This document shows, one piece after another, positions 44,111 through 63,557 of a stretch of 64,000 nt of DNA. Numbering within the stretch: position 1 is the first letter of the stretch; each line of letters opens with the position of its first letter. The stretch is from Phaeosaccion multiseriatum. Its lineage: Eukaryota; Protista; Ochrophyta, other classes. The DNA lies in contig OZ218960.1 in assembly GCA_965112735.1 (NCBI GenBank), positions 868,001 to 932,000 of the forward strand, in the 5' to 3' direction. The notes below the pieces were generated by a model. It made no database searches, had not been told where the DNA came from, and saw only the letters and a program-made list of their open reading frames with translations. A program made the position numbers and the translations under genes.

Positions 44111-44593
44111 AAAAAAAATTCCATAACCGTGTCGTCGTCGTCGTCGTTCGTGCGGTTGGATTGTGAAGTTTTTGGAACAGGCGAAGGGGTCAAAGTAGTT
44201 GGATAAAAATAAAGAGAGGTTTACGCTAGCCCTACCATATCTTGATATCTTGTACTTCGAAGTACTTCGTAGTGCTTCGTAGTAGCAGATGACTTGAAAA
44301 TATGGGCGCTGGTACAAGCACTGCCTCCTTTCTTCCCTCTCTCTCTCTCTCTCTCTCTCTCCCTCCCTCCCCCTCCCGAATATCTCTGCCCCGCCAATTC
44401 CTTTGATCCCTTCTCTCTGAGGAAACTCCACGGCGAGCCGGCGATGAGGTGAGATTTCTCACCAGCAAGGGGCTTCCCTCCGACCTTACCACTCTGTAAT
44501 GCGTGCCTCCTCTACCTGCACTTTCGCCTCGCTTTGCACCGCCTTCCCTCGCTGTCTCTATACGCCCTCAAACCTCTCCTTCTCTTCCTTGTC

Positions 44594-44640
<47 letters not shown>

Positions 44641-44733
44641 ATACTCTCAACTACTTTGTGCCTCTGGCTGTGATGTCCTGCCTGCAGCTCATCCGATCTG
44701 AGCGACGAGGAGGTCCGTGAAGGGAAGAACCTG

Positions 44734-45373
44734 ATGGCCGAGATTCTGCTGGCCCTGCCCGAGTCAGCGAGCCTGGTGGACTTCCTTCAGACGCATTCAA
44801 GCGACCTCATGAGGTTGCTTCATGTGCACGCACTTCGTGCCCAGGACCCTCAGACGGGCGCCCTTATTTTTGAGGCTGGAGACGAGGAGGCTCGCCTCCA
44901 TGAATCCGAGCTGCTGCTGAAGACTGGGTCCATCGGTCGCTCCTTTGGCGTGCTGGACAGGCCATTGCGCGCATACTCGTGTATATCGAGCGAGAGCATC
45001 AACCTGGTAGTCACACGTCTGTCAAGGGCACACTCTATGGAGAGGGGAGGACAGACGCCCGAGGCACATGAGGCCAATGATCCTGACCCGCCGCAGTGCC
45101 CACCACGGAAAGACGATACCTCCTCCGCCGATTTTCTGGAGCAGGCCAAGACGGAGGTGTGCCCGTGGAGCGAAGTGGAGTTAGATCTCATCTCTATGTT
45201 AGCGGAGGGCCTGCTCGCCTTCATGAACTCCTCCTTGCTACGGCATGCTCAGGAGGACTTGATGGAGAGTAACTTGGAGAAGAACCTCGCGCAGGAGAAA
45301 AGTCGCGCTGACCATGAGGTAAGAAGAACATGTTGCTAATATTGATCACGCTGCCTCCGTATAACTACTACTG

Positions 45374-45407
<34 letters not shown>

Positions 45408-46643
45408 GGCAAGTAGCTGCTGCTGGTGGCAAGGCATTTCGATGGTGGTGTACTGTGTGCTGCTTTTCGGACGGCTGTGTTATTATTTTGGGACTGAGTT
45501 ATGCACCCCGAGAAACTTTTCTTGGCAGTGGCGCACTTTTCTTTGCCTTTTCTCGCTGGCTGGCCTCGCTCGCTGCCTTGATGACTAGGTGCCCCCCCCC
45601 CCATTCCCGCCCAGGCTTTTTGACTTATATCCTCACTTCACCGCTGTTCTGGCCTGCCTACCACCCCCCGCTGGCCACCCTTCTTTCGCCCATCGCTCCT
45701 GCCTCCACATTACCTCTTACTATACCTGGCGACAATCCGAACCAGTTCTTCGCGCACATGTCGCACGAGCTACGGACGCCCTTCCACGGTGAGTTTGAGA
45801 AGTAACTGGGTAGCTATGAGCCGGCGAGTGGAGGCGCGGGAGGGGTAGCGAACCCCATCACCGTGCCTGCATTGCAGGTGCATTCGCTTGACAACGCGGA
45901 AAGCCGACTTTTCTTGTGGAGGACGAGTGGCTAAGACCTGTGGGTGGAGTGACTGGCTGACCTTTGGTTCTGGCACCCGGGAAGTCTTACTCCCTCGCGC
46001 TGTCCCTGTTGTCAGCGACACACGCCCTGTCATCCTGCCTCTCTTTGGGCTCAGAGTCGACACACTTAGCTAACCCAGAGTCGATACTCAAGCTAACTCA
46101 GAGTCGATACCCAAGCTAACTTACTCTTCTCCTCTCCACCCTATTCTCCTCCCTTCGTCGTTGTTTCGCTCGCAGGGGTGATAAGCGCGGTACGAATCGT
46201 CCGTGAAGACCCCAACATGAGCGTCAAGGACCGCAACGACTTCCTCGACACGGCCTTGCGCAGCGGCGCAACCATGCTCCAGACACTCGACAATATTCTT
46301 AACATTGCCAAGCGAAAGAACGAGGTACGCGGCTGTGGCCGACTTTTAAGCTTGGGGCTTTGCTTCGTCGCTTCTCCTTCCCTATTGTGCTCTGTCTGCA
46401 GACCTATTTTGTCGATTCCACAGTCGCCTGGTCCTTCTTTCTCTCTACCTCGGATCCACCCTTTCGTTATTCTCTTTTCCTCTGCTCTTCGGCGGTGCTG
46501 CCCCCTGTCGATTGACTTGATGGTCACAGATGACATACTCACGTACCCTTTCTCGTCCTCCTTTTCTCTCTTTCTCTCGCTTGCTGCTCTTGTGGCGTGT
46601 ACTACTGCTTGTATTGTCATCATCCTCCTCGTCATCATCATCG

Positions 46644-46685
<42 letters not shown>

Positions 46686-47879
46686 CCCAAGGCGACCGTC
46701 CCCACCACCTTCTCTTTGGTCGCCGTTTTATCCAACGTAATGGACAGCATGCGCAACTTTGCCAGTCTGTCGGGCGTTACACTCGAGGTCGCGTACGCTA
46801 ATAGCGCCAACGAAACGGTGCGAGGGGACCAGGTCGGGCTGAGGCAAATCGCGTCCAACCTGGCCAACAACGCCGTCAAGTTCACGCCCGCTGGCGGCCA
46901 GGTCATGGTCAATGTGAGCATTTGCGACGAGGTGGCGGAAGCGATGGAGCGGTGGCACTCGGCGGCTCAAAACTACGCATTTGCCAAGCATCCAGATGCT
47001 ACTGCTGCACCACCCGAAAAGGAGGAGGATGAGGAGGAGGAAGAGGAAGAAAAAGACATCTCCCGTAACGTCAAGTGGGTGATACTTTCCGTAACCGACC
47101 CCGGCTGCGGCATCCCTGGGGATAAGTTGGCGAGCGTCTTGTCGCCCTATGTGCAGGTGTCCAGCGGGCTCACCAAGATGTACCAGGGCACTGGGCTGGG
47201 GCTACACATTTGCATGCTCAGTACACGCGAGATGAAGGGACATCTGGGAGTGGCCTCAGAGGTGGGCAAGGGTACCATGTTTTGCGCCATGCTGCCTCTC
47301 GAAGTGGTGGATCCAGAAGATGTCCAAGCTGCCGCCGAGCCTGTTCGCCGAAAGGTGGAGCGGCCAGACCTGACCAGAAGCTACCTCATTGTGCTGATAG
47401 ACGATAGCAAGACCAATGTCAAGCTCGCCAGCCGGCAAATCAGGCGCGCTTTGGGCGCGCATACGGAGGTGCTTACGGCGGAGAACGGCAAGACAGGCTT
47501 TGAGTTAGTGAAGCGATTGTTCCACGAGGGCAGGGTCATCCACGGCGTGTTTATGGACTACCACATGCCCATCATGTCGGGGGTCGACAGCATCTATGCC
47601 ATTCGGCGGTTCGAGTCTGAAGTAGGCGCGCTGTTTGCCACGCCCATCGCATCCTTCACTGCAGACGTTACAGAAAAGTCAAGGGAAATTTTGATCACGG
47701 CCGGCACGACCATGATCATCTCCAAACCAGTAGGCAAGAACGACATTGAGGAGGCATGTTACAGGATGATCTTTGCGAGTGGAGATGAGGGCACGACCCC
47801 ACCGGCTTCACCCCTTCCGCCCTCTCCCTCTTTCTCTTGCGAACGCCAGGTTCCCTGCCCGCCCAGCAGTACCCCGTGA
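44734..47879 (+). CDS. Hybrid sensor histidine kinase (HisKA-HATPase_c-receiver); may have extra short 5' exons from about 44301
   Basis: H-box FFAHMSHELRTPFHG, N-box LRQIASNLANNAVKFT, G1 DPGCGI, G2 GTGLGL; receiver LIDD..VFMDYHMPIMSG..FTAD..SKP. Introns 45319-45745, 45789-46175 and 46325-46691. Confidence 0.92.
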
Positions 47880-48098
47880 GCAACTTAGCAGCCTTGTCCG
47901 TATTATTTTCTTTTCGGGTAGAATACGTCTCGTTATGGTACGAAAGGAGAAGCATAGTTTGGCTCCGCTCCTCGGGGTCCCTTGGACATGTACAGAGAAC
48001 AGAAGGGAGTGCAGTGTACACATGGCTAGATTCATTTACTTCTTTTGTTACAATAAATACTGTAATAATACAGAGGCAAAAGGACATTTTTGAACGGA

Positions 48099-48788
48099 TT
48101 AGACGAAGGCAGGCCCCGCATAAACGTCCGCCAAGACAAAGGGCACGACGCAGAAAGGAAACACCCTAAGCACTGCATACGTCAAGGCCACATCCCCAGC
48201 GTTGGCCAATGCCGCCGAAGAAAGGTTGCGTGACGGTTGAGGCTGATAGCTATTATCCCGCATCTCCCCTCTTAACCCATTCAGACCATAAAACAACCCC
48301 AGCACACACGCCCCGAAGCTGGCCCGGGCACCCGCCAACACCATCGGTCGCCACATGCTTGAAGGTACGGGTCCAAAGGCGGCCCCGCTCCGATGCCACT
48401 GAATACACCCACGCACACTTCCGTACATGAGGCCAATTCCCGACGCAAGCAGGGCGGTGGTGGTGCGGCGGTCCTCTGCGTCTCGCACAGCAAGGCTGCT
48501 CACGCGGCCTGGGGTTTGGAGGTTGGGTTTCCGGGGGGTGGATGTGGGTGTGGTTGGTGGACGGTTGAGGGTTTGTGGGGGTGGAGAGGGAAGGGAAGGG
48601 GGAGGGGGGTGGGCGGGTATTGGGTCCATGCACACGAGAAGAAGAGAGAATCGATGAGAGGAGGCAGAGCAGGAGGGGCCAAATAGTTGAAAATAACCGG
48701 GGGGAAAAGACAAAGGAAAACGCATATTCACGGGATGTGCACGGAGTGGGTAGGTTCGTGTGGAGTGTTGCTGAGTGTCCCTGAGATT

Positions 48789-48829
<41 letters not shown>

Positions 48830-50895
48830 TGTGTGTGTGTGTCCTCACCTCGAGAGAGCCTGCCGGCCCCCAACTGCTGCTGTACCACCAACTGTTGCTC
48901 TATGTCCATACCGTGCTCCTCCCTTAGGTGCTCCAGCATTCGCTCCAGCCCGCTGCTGCTCTCCTCAGACATATCCAAAGCCGTCACACTCCCCCTCGTC
49001 AAACCCCCACTTGGGTCCATGCCGCTGCCTTCTCCCTCATCCTCCTGCTGCTGCTGCCGCTTCACGTCGTCGCTATCCACACCCGCGCTCCTACGTCGAG
49101 TTCGATAGGCCTCCGCCACCGCCACTATACACTCCCACGCAGGCTCTGAGACCTGTATAAGATGGGCCACACACAGGCACAGCAGTTGGTGGTACAGTCA
49201 CAGCCAAAGCAGTTGGTGGTGCAGTCACAGACACAGCAGTTGGTGGTACAGTCACAGCCACACGCCGGAGTCAGGGGCGCGGCGAGTGGTGAGGCGTGAG
49301 GGTCATGTCTTTCGCGCGGTTTTACGCATATCGCAGAAAGAAAGGACTGGGAATGCCCTTATCTACTTCTCTATGTAACCACACCATATGTAAGCGGGTC
49401 TCTGCCTCTCCACACTATATGTAAGTGGGTCTCTACCTCTCCCTCTAAAAATGAGACAGTGCGTACGTGCGTGTGCGTGCGCGCGCGTGGGTGCGTGCGT
49501 GTGGATGAGGACGACAAAAGCAGACTCATCTCAACTATCACTCTAAGGCTTACGTGAGCACTTATGTACTCCTACGCGTCCTTACGTACCTTGTAGAACG
49601 GGCTCCTCGCAAGGTCTGCCAGCCCCGACAAGACCGTCTTATCCATCATCACGCCTGCACCAGTTGGTGATACAGTACACACCAGACAAGTTCAGCCAAG
49701 CCAGCGGTAGGAAGAAGGGGGGGAGGGAGGCTTTCCTCGATAAGAGAAGAAACACACCCAGGCACACACACACACACACACACACCTATACACACTAGGC
49801 CAAGCCTCTCAGGCATTTACGCAATCAACAGCAGAGGCCAGAGCTTCCCCCCTTCCTTCTCCGGCGACTTTCACTCACTCACGTACCCACTCACGCACCC
49901 ACTCCCTCCCTCATTTCCTCCCCCCCTCCCTCCTTCCCGTCCTCCCTCACTCACTCACTCACTCACCGACGGAGCGATCGTCGTGGCAGAGTAGATAGAG
50001 CAGCTCCAGCACGCTCCCCTCCATCTCTTCCATCAGCACGTACGTTGCACCCGGGTCCCTGGGAAGCCCACCCGAAGAAAAAGCCCCCCCTTCCCCTGAC
50101 CCCCACCCCATGCTCGGGTCGCTTCCTCCCTTGGGCTGGGACGGCGGCGCCCCGGCTGAAAGCAAAAGGAGAGCGCCAACAGCAAATACAGGGGGGCAGG
50201 GGACATGAATGCATACGTAACCATACATAATACGCGCGTCCACACAAACAGCCAAGAAAGCAAGCAAGCAAGAAAGCAAGTTGTAAGATGAAAAAAAGAG
50301 GAATGAGAGAGAACCCCTTGGACAGAGAGTGAGGGAAGTCAGGACAGAGGGGTGAGGGGTGTCAGGACAGAGGGGTGAGGAGCGTCAGGACAGAGGGGTG
50401 AGGGGTGTCAGGACAGAGAGTGAAGGGTGTCAGGACAGAGAGTGAGGTATGCCATGAGCTCACCGTTGCTTGGGTCCGACGACAAGACCATGTGCAGTCT
50501 CCTCCCAAGCTCCGTCAGCCTCTTGACCATCTCAACATCCAAGCCGCCCATGCCCATACTCCTCCATCTGCTGCCGTTGGCTTCATCATCCTGCCAACTC
50601 GAGGTCGTCTCGTCGCCCCCTTGCCCTTCCTGCCCCAGCTCCTGCTCTCTCTCCTCCTCCTCACCATCCTCCTCTCCCCCTCCCCCCTGCCCCACCATGT
50701 GATACTCGTCGCTAGCCCCCCCCCTGTGGCGTAGCAGCGGGATGGGAGGAAGGCCCTCCAAGGCACGGGCCCTCACTACGTTGATCAAAAAGCCCAGAGC
50801 CGGCAAGAAGCGCTCCGGTGTCACCACAAGCGATTCATCCACGAGAGAAGGAAACCCACTCCCGTCATCTCTCCTATCTGGGCCCTCCCCCCCCC

Positions 50896-50963
<68 letters not shown>

Positions 50964-51399
50964 GGTAATCGATTGGGTCCGCTGACCCCGCCAAAAGCCC
51001 CAAGCCCGGCAACGTCCGAAGGCCTCGTGAGCTGCTGCGGATGCACTGCCGCCCTCCCTTCTCCATGCTCCCCCTCCCCCTCCTCTTCCTCCTCCTGCTC
51101 CTCCTCCTGCTGCTGCTCCTCACGGTGGTGGTGTTGGTGGTACGGGTTGTGTCTTCCGTAACCGAAAAGCTCCCCTCGAAGGTGGGCCATACTCAACGCC
51201 ATGAGCTCCTCATCTGCACCCATCTTGCGCGCGAGGGGCCTGTTCCAGCTCAGCATGTGGGCGACCTGCTGACCCAAGTGTCTGACCCATGGGTCTTCGT
51301 CTTCGCACCGCATGCCCTGCTTGGCCAGCTCCAGCACGCCAGCCTTGACAAGCTTGGGTAGGCCACTGACCTATGGGTACCCCCCAAGCACCCCAAGAG

Positions 51400-51449
<50 letters not shown>

Positions 51450-52722
51450 GGTGATGTTGGATGAGAGCATGAGCATAACAGCACAAGCACAGAGCACCAG
51501 AGCACCAAAGCACAGCGAGACCAGAGAAGAGGCAGAGAAGGGGGAGTGCCACAGAGGCTCGGAGAGGCGGTCGTTGCCATTGTACGGATATGTCAAGATA
51601 TACCCTCTCCCTCTCCCACTTGTTCCTCCCTCTCTCTCCCTCCCCCGATTCGAAAAAAGAGTTAAGAAGAATCTAACCCTCCTCCATCCCTCGAACAAGA
51701 AAAGAAACCTCACGGGGCATGGAGCTGAAAGGGGGAATGTGGACATCCTCACGAGCACTCTTCAATCTGCGGTGCTGTAACCGCCAAACTCGTACTGAAG
51801 CCACCAAACCAGCTGTAACCACCAAACTCGTACTGAAGCCACCAAACCTCAAAACTCACCCCGAGTGTGTGGACATTGAAGTCGATGAGCTGTCGGCGGC
51901 ACGGCAAAGAGGACAGGACAAAAGAACCAAAGCAGAGGCCGGACAGAAAGCATGACATAAGGGTCGCCACGGAGCCAGGATGCGAAGGGACAGGACAAGG
52001 AGAGGATGCGAAGGCGGGCAAGTGATGGCAGGTACGTATTAGTACGTATTAGTACGTATTAAGGGGTACCCTTACCCACAGCCCCCCCTTTCCCTCCTTC
52101 CAATGAGGGGAAGGCTCCTCGTTGGTGACCAGAGGCCCGACGACACGCACACACACGTCGCAAGCCAGCTCCCCTCCACCCTCCCTCTCTCTCGCCCCTC
52201 AGTGCGGATACTTTGTGTGGAGGCCACCCGCAGCCCTTGTCACACGCCTTTCTCTCCCTCCCACTCACTACTCACCTCCATTAGATAGGAAATTGCCTCG
52301 CTTGCCTCCCTACTCAGAGGCTCAATCACGGGGCCTGGGCGGAAACCAGGGGCAGCGTGGCTGCTGTACCCTTCGCCGCTGCCACTACTACTGCTACTGC
52401 TGGGGAAGCGGCTCCTCTTGGCTTTGCTCGACGCCTCGTGCAGCGCTAGCGAGGCCTGGTGCATGGCGTGATCATAGTCTGCGGTACCGAGCTCTAAGGT
52501 CGTGGCACCAAAGGTGACGAGTACATAGGCTGTGAACAATATCCACGACAAGGGATATGTATCGAAGAAGGAAGACGAGGAGAGCCCTCGTCTCCACCCT
52601 TCTCCTCCTCCTCCTCCTGCTCCTGCTCCTCCAAAGCTTTCCCTGTACGCCCCCCCTGGATCCTGCTGCTGCCCTTGCCTTCCTCCCTGCCCATGCCTTT
52701 GCCCTTGCCCATTCCATTGCTG

Positions 52723-52762
<40 letters not shown>

Positions 52763-52962
52763 GGCTGCTCCTGAGAGCGAGATTGGGGTGGACGCCTGCT
52801 AGTGTAAGGTCCTCCACTTGCTCTTGTGTTGGACATTTCACTCCAAGGCCCCCCGGATCTCGGCCTGGTTCGCGTCCCTCGTATTGTTGCTGCTGAGGAG
52901 GACAAGCCCCCACCCCTCCCCGAGCGGAGTATACTACATCTTCGCACCACCATGCTCGCCAT
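48099..52962 (-). CDS. Uncharacterised multi-exon protein, probably mitochondrial and membrane-anchored, with helical-repeat-like core
   Basis: Arg/Ser-rich N-terminus MASMVVRRCSILRSGR; TM segment YPLSWILFTAYVLVTFGA. Exons at about 51365-50465, 50055-49967, 49654-49590, 49152-48849 and 48508-48099, with hydrophobic C-terminus. Joining the exons into one gene is inferred. Confidence 0.55.
50320..50445. repeat. 23-bp tandem repeat (GGACAGAGRGGTGAGGGGTGTCA-like, about 5.5 copies)
   Basis: Direct reading; lies just inside a predicted intron. Confidence 0.8.
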
Positions 52963-53656
52963 CTTGGTCCAAGTGAAGCCACGCAAACGACAAAGCCCCT
53001 CTACGCCCTTCCCCTCCGAGCCGACGAGCTTCTGCGGAAGGAGGGCAGCGGTAGTGAGAGAAAAATCGATTTTCCTGCTGCTGATCTCCTCCTCCTCTTT
53101 CCTCTGCCAGCGGGCGGGTTGATCGCCATCGTCCCGGGAGTAGGCACTTACCAGCAGGAGTAGAAATAAATAGACGGATGCGGCGGCCTCTGGAGAAAAT
53201 CAAATGGACAAATGGACGCGCCTCAGAGATTTCAGACCAGCTGTGAGTCCGGATGAGAAGGTCGCGAAGATCCTGATGGGGGGGGGGGGTACGTACGATC
53301 GCATGAAACGATTTACGCATTCGGAGCAATTGTCCTCCTGACTTGTCTCCTCTTGCTCGCTTCCTTTGGCCCAGTCAAGACAAAGTACATTGCAACCGTG
53401 TCCTTCCTCCTTTACTGTTGCCACTCATCTGGACACTTGCTGCACTGGGTAAGATAATCGCGCCGAAAGAAGAAAACAAAGCCCCGCGATCAAGTTTGAT
53501 GTTCATCCATCCTGTCTTCCTCCAGTTCCCGCCACCATTCGACACTCTCCTTCTCCCATCTTCCGAAGTTTCATGCATATCCAACCCGCCGGCCTCTCCT
53601 CCGTCTTGTTTCTTCGTCTTGTGTTTTAAAATTTTGTATCGACAGTGGCAGTCATC

Positions 53657-55600
53657 ATGAAAGGCTGGGGCACACAAGTTTGGATGAGCATGAACTGCGC
53701 CCCTACCAACACTGCCAGTGGAGGGTATGGCGTACCACCCCCGTGCCTATTCAAGGCTGTGCGAAGTCGCTCTAAGAAAAAAGTGAAGAAGGCCATCGCA
53801 GGCGGTGCCACACTGGAGGATCGAGATTATATTTTTGGCCGCACACCGGTGAGTAAGACCCGAGCCGCTGCTTTTGCTCCACTTCGTGTGCCTCTTGGAT
53901 GGCATTTTTCTGAGCCGGGGCTGCCCTTTCTCCCCCCACCCCCAAATTCACGACTTTGATTCGCCCTGCTACCTTCTTCCAAACTCACGCCTTGCCCACT
54001 CCTGCCCCCCCCCCCAACCCCCTCAGCTCCACTTCGCAGTGGAGCAGCGAAGACTTGACGTGCTGCAGGCGCTGCTTGACGCCGGAGCGGACCCCAATGC
54101 GAGAGCGCCCCGCAGGGACTACACCCCTTTGCACGTGGTGAGTCTAGTGCGTGGCTTGCATGTGTCTTGTTCCTTTCGCAAGAGAGGGGGGCTAAACAGC
54201 GCTGACATTCATTCACTCACTCGTCGAACCCTACCCTCCTTCCCCGTCAGGCCTGCTTCTGGCGCTGGTGGGAGGGCCTTAAGCTACTCATAGGTGAGCA
54301 GGTGGGCAGCAAGGCAAGGGAGAAGGAAGAGGCCCAATCTATCATTGGCGGTCCATGGGCTGTCGTGTGGCGGCCCCCCACCCTTCACCTCACCTCCTGT
54401 CCCATTCTTCCTCGCATGCACCCGCACTTTGTCCTGTCGTTGCCCTGTCGCCGCCTCTCGCACTCCAACGGGGTCGTACCTACTCGGCCATACCCTATGA
54501 ACCACCATAGACCACGGTGGAGACCCCACCCTGCTTAACGAAGGAGGTCTGTCCCCCCTGGACCTTGCCAGCGAGGAGGACCTAAAGCCTCTCGTTCAGA
54601 GCGCCATCAGCAGACAGCGGAGGGGCATTCGCATGCATTGGCTCGTTCAGCTTCGAGCCGAGGCGACAAAGGCGGGCACCAGGAGGGAGGATCAACCTGT
54701 TGCTGTATCACCAACTCCTGAGGCGGGCACCAAGGAGGAGGATGAAGCTGGCGGTGTATCACCAACTGCTGCGGATGGAGGACGAGGAGGACGAGGCTGG
54801 AGGGGGCAGGGGCACGGGGAAGGGTGGCGTCGTCTGAGCTCGGCAGTACTGCGCCGTACGCTCAACGAGTCGATGCTGGCTTGTCGAAGGGGGCTACTGA
54901 GGCGGGTGGGAGGAGGCAGGAGCAGCTGCCCCGGCTGCTCCTCATGCTGCTGCTACTGCCACAACCCTCCGACCGGCAAGGCTAGAAGGTGCAGCAGGAA
55001 GAGGAAGAGGAGCGGCAGCGGCGGCGGCAGCGGCAACCGAGCGCGCAAATGTCCAACTCATTCCCTGGACAAAGGTGAGCTGGCCTGGTGCAGATGGGCC
55101 ACGTACAGGGAGGGCGGGGTGGGAGGGAGAGGGGGAGGTTAAACAAAGCGGGTGGGGGCACTTTGTGAATTTCGGTTAGCGCCGTCCGCCCCCCAACAGA
55201 GCTGATGGACACCACGGAATGTCTCTCCGTGGGGAGAAGCGGCCGGAGAGCAAAGGAAGGGGGTGTGGGGGGGGGGGGGGGGGGGGTGTTGTGGAGTAAG
55301 GCGTGAGGCTCACGGTCCGTTCTTGGCCCGACCTCTAACCTCAAGCCGAATCCTTACACAGCTGCCGTGTCCCCCTCTGCTCCTTGTTTTTGCTCCTCGT
55401 TTGTCCTCTGCTGCCCCCTGCTGCCCCTGCTGCCCCTGCTGCTGCTGCTGCTGCCCCTGCTCGGCCCTCCTTCTCTTTCTCTCTCTCTCTCTCTCCCCTT
55501 ACCTGTCCGTTGCTTGTCCCTTGCAGAGCTGCTCACCACACTGCGGTCCTTGTGCGCCATGGAGGACGACACTTTCCTGCATGTGTGCACCTTCCTCTGA
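53657..55600 (+). CDS. Ankyrin-repeat protein with C-terminal ..DDTFLHVCTFL* motif
   Basis: GRTP|LHFAVEQRRLDVLQALLDAGADPNAR..YTPLHV|ACFWRWWEGLKLLI|DHGGDPTLLNEGGLSPLDLA. Confidence 0.8.
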
Positions 55601-56796
55601 GGGGATGGCAGTGGATGGGAGAGGAGGCAGATGGCAGTGGAAGGACGCTCCTTGTGAGACGACGCTTTCCTGCATATTTACACCTTCCTCTGAGCTCCAG
55701 GGGAAGGATGGCAGTGGACAGGAGGGAGGGGGAGGGAGGGTGAGGTTTGTGGAAGCTCTGTGTGCGCGTGGATATCGGTTTCCGATATTGGTCGAGGCCC
55801 AGATACTGAAACTAAAACTAGACGGAGAGGAGGGGGGGAAAGGCAGCTAGAGGGCAGGGACGAGGCGGAGGCGAGGGCGTTTGCTCCCTCGGCTGTCCTG
55901 GGGCTGGTTGGGGTTCCTTGGCGCCCAACCTTGCCAATGCCATTTTGTACTGTTTTGTGCAGTGCCAGTAGGTAAGGGTACCCCAAATCAAGCGCACTGC
56001 TCGTGACATGAGCAGGACGTCCATCCGTACGTGAGTTTCCATGGATGGTACGTAATTTTTTACCATATAGACTGACAGACAGTAGAGTAGTGCATAGTAG
56101 ACAGGAGAGAGGAGAGAAGATAAGAGAGAGGAGAGGAGAGGGAGAGAGGGAGGGATGAGTTACATGTATAGGAATCAACCTAAGAAAGAAGGAGGGAAAG
56201 GTTTAGAGAGAGAAAATATTGAGGGAGGGAGGGAAGGCCCAGACAAACACACACCAAGTCTACAGCCTTCTCTCCTCCTGCCCTCCCGTGGGATGAAGCA
56301 TTTGAGCCTCCATGAAATTTATATTGTAATTGAGTAGAGTCAACCTAAGCAAGGGGGGGAGGGGCACAGATGGCAAGGACGATCACTTTAGATTGGATAT
56401 ACAAAACGGCTCTGCCGTTCGTTGTTTGTTGTCAGTATGTACTAGTATGGGGTTTAACGGTAGGCTCTTTTGTGTCAAGTAAGTACGCAGTCGTTATAGA
56501 AACTAAGAAAAATTGGAAGTTACAGAAAGATACCTACGGAGGATGGGGTGGGAAAATGTACACAAGTGAGTGATCCGAGCCGCGCTTGATGAGAGCCTCT
56601 TGGAAAGCTCTGCGAACACGCATCGACATTTATCGGCTCTCGAGATTCGACATGACATCGGCCCCCGAAAGGGGTCAGTGAACCATGACCCTAGCTATAC
56701 GACTGAGCGCCTGCCTGACTCCCCCACTATCTATACTAACTGACTGACTGACTGACTGACTGACTGACTGCCCGACTGACTGACTGACTACCTGCC

Positions 56797-62159
<5,363 letters not shown>

Positions 62160-62541
62160 GGCGGCCCCTCTCCTAAAGTCGCGGTACGCTCCGAGGCAGA
62201 TCCAGCGCAGAGTGGCAATGTAGAGAGAGGCGTCACTTCAGAGCGGCAAGGTGGAGAGAGGGGGACAAAGGTGGGTTGGTTGGTTGGGCTCGAGTGCCGT
62301 CGTCTGTTGTTTTTTCTACGCAGTCCGATTGATCCCTGGCCACACAGGTAAGCGCGTTGGTCATACGAAAGACGCGAATCTTGGCGCTGGGAGCGGGAGG
62401 CCGCAGCCAAAACAAAAACACCACCGTACAACTGCTCGCTCCTTGACCTGCTTGGACCGCTGGCTCCCTCAGATTTAGTGTGATGGGGATAGGACGAACC
62501 TGGCGTTGAAAGGGGTCGGCTGAGGGCTACGTCGACCGAGA

Positions 62542-63519
62542 ATGGAGGCCTTGGAGACACGAGGAGCGGCGGGCGCCACAATCAATGCATCAATGCTGCG
62601 GTGGCCTGCTCTTCTTCTCGGAGTGAGCCAGGCCCTACTTCTACTTCCCGGCCTTTCCACCATCGTTGCTGGTACTACAGCAGCAGCAGCAGCAGCAGCG
62701 ACAGGAGGAGGAGATAGACACCACATGTTGCACCCTCCCTCGGGATGTTCACTGAGAAGACAGAGGTCCCTGGCATTCTCCCCATCTTGCCAAAGCCACT
62801 CTGGTCATTATGCTGTCCACGCAATACCTCCCTGGAATCGGGCCTTAGGGATTGGAAGCAGCTGGAGCTGTAGCACCAGCAGCCCCACAACAGCAAAAAG
62901 GGGGGGGAGGAGAGGGGGGAGCGGCAGCATAGCGATGAGTACTCGGGAGCACGGCGCCTCAGATGGTGCACCCTCTCCCTTGGAGGAGGACATCTACCAC
63001 GGCCTCAACTCCGCGCAGTACCGCGCGGTGTCCGCCCCTGTGGGGCCCCTGCGGGTGGTGGCTGGACCGGGCAGTGGCAAGACACGCGTGCTGACGAAGG
63101 TGGGCACATGTGCTGGGGTGTGTGTGTCTATCCGTGTGTGCGCATGTGCCTCTGTATATGTGAGAGGTAGAGAGGGAGAACGAGGCAGATGGAGAGGCAG
63201 ACACCGAGAGAAGGGGGGGTATACACACACAGAGAGAGAACGGATGAACGAGAGAGAGAGAGAGAGAGAGAGAAGAACAAGAAGAAGAAGCCGAGCTCTG
63301 CACGTGTGGCTCCAGTGTAGACTCAGAAGATCCTCCGTCCGCCCCCACTCGGCCCTCTCTGTGCTTCCCCTCTCTCCCCTTACAGCGCATTGCCCACCTC
63401 ATTCGTAAGGAGGCGTCCCCGCCATGGTCAGTCCTCGCAGTGACCTTCACCAACAAGGCAGCTGCTGAGATGAAAGAGCGGCTTGAGGTCATGCTGGGCG
63501 AAGGTGAGTGTGAGAGGGT

Positions 63520-63557
<38 letters not shown>

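Noticed and set aside
55818-56066. Short minus-strand ORF (METHVRMDVLL...)
   Set aside because: No recognisable motif or supporting exon structure.
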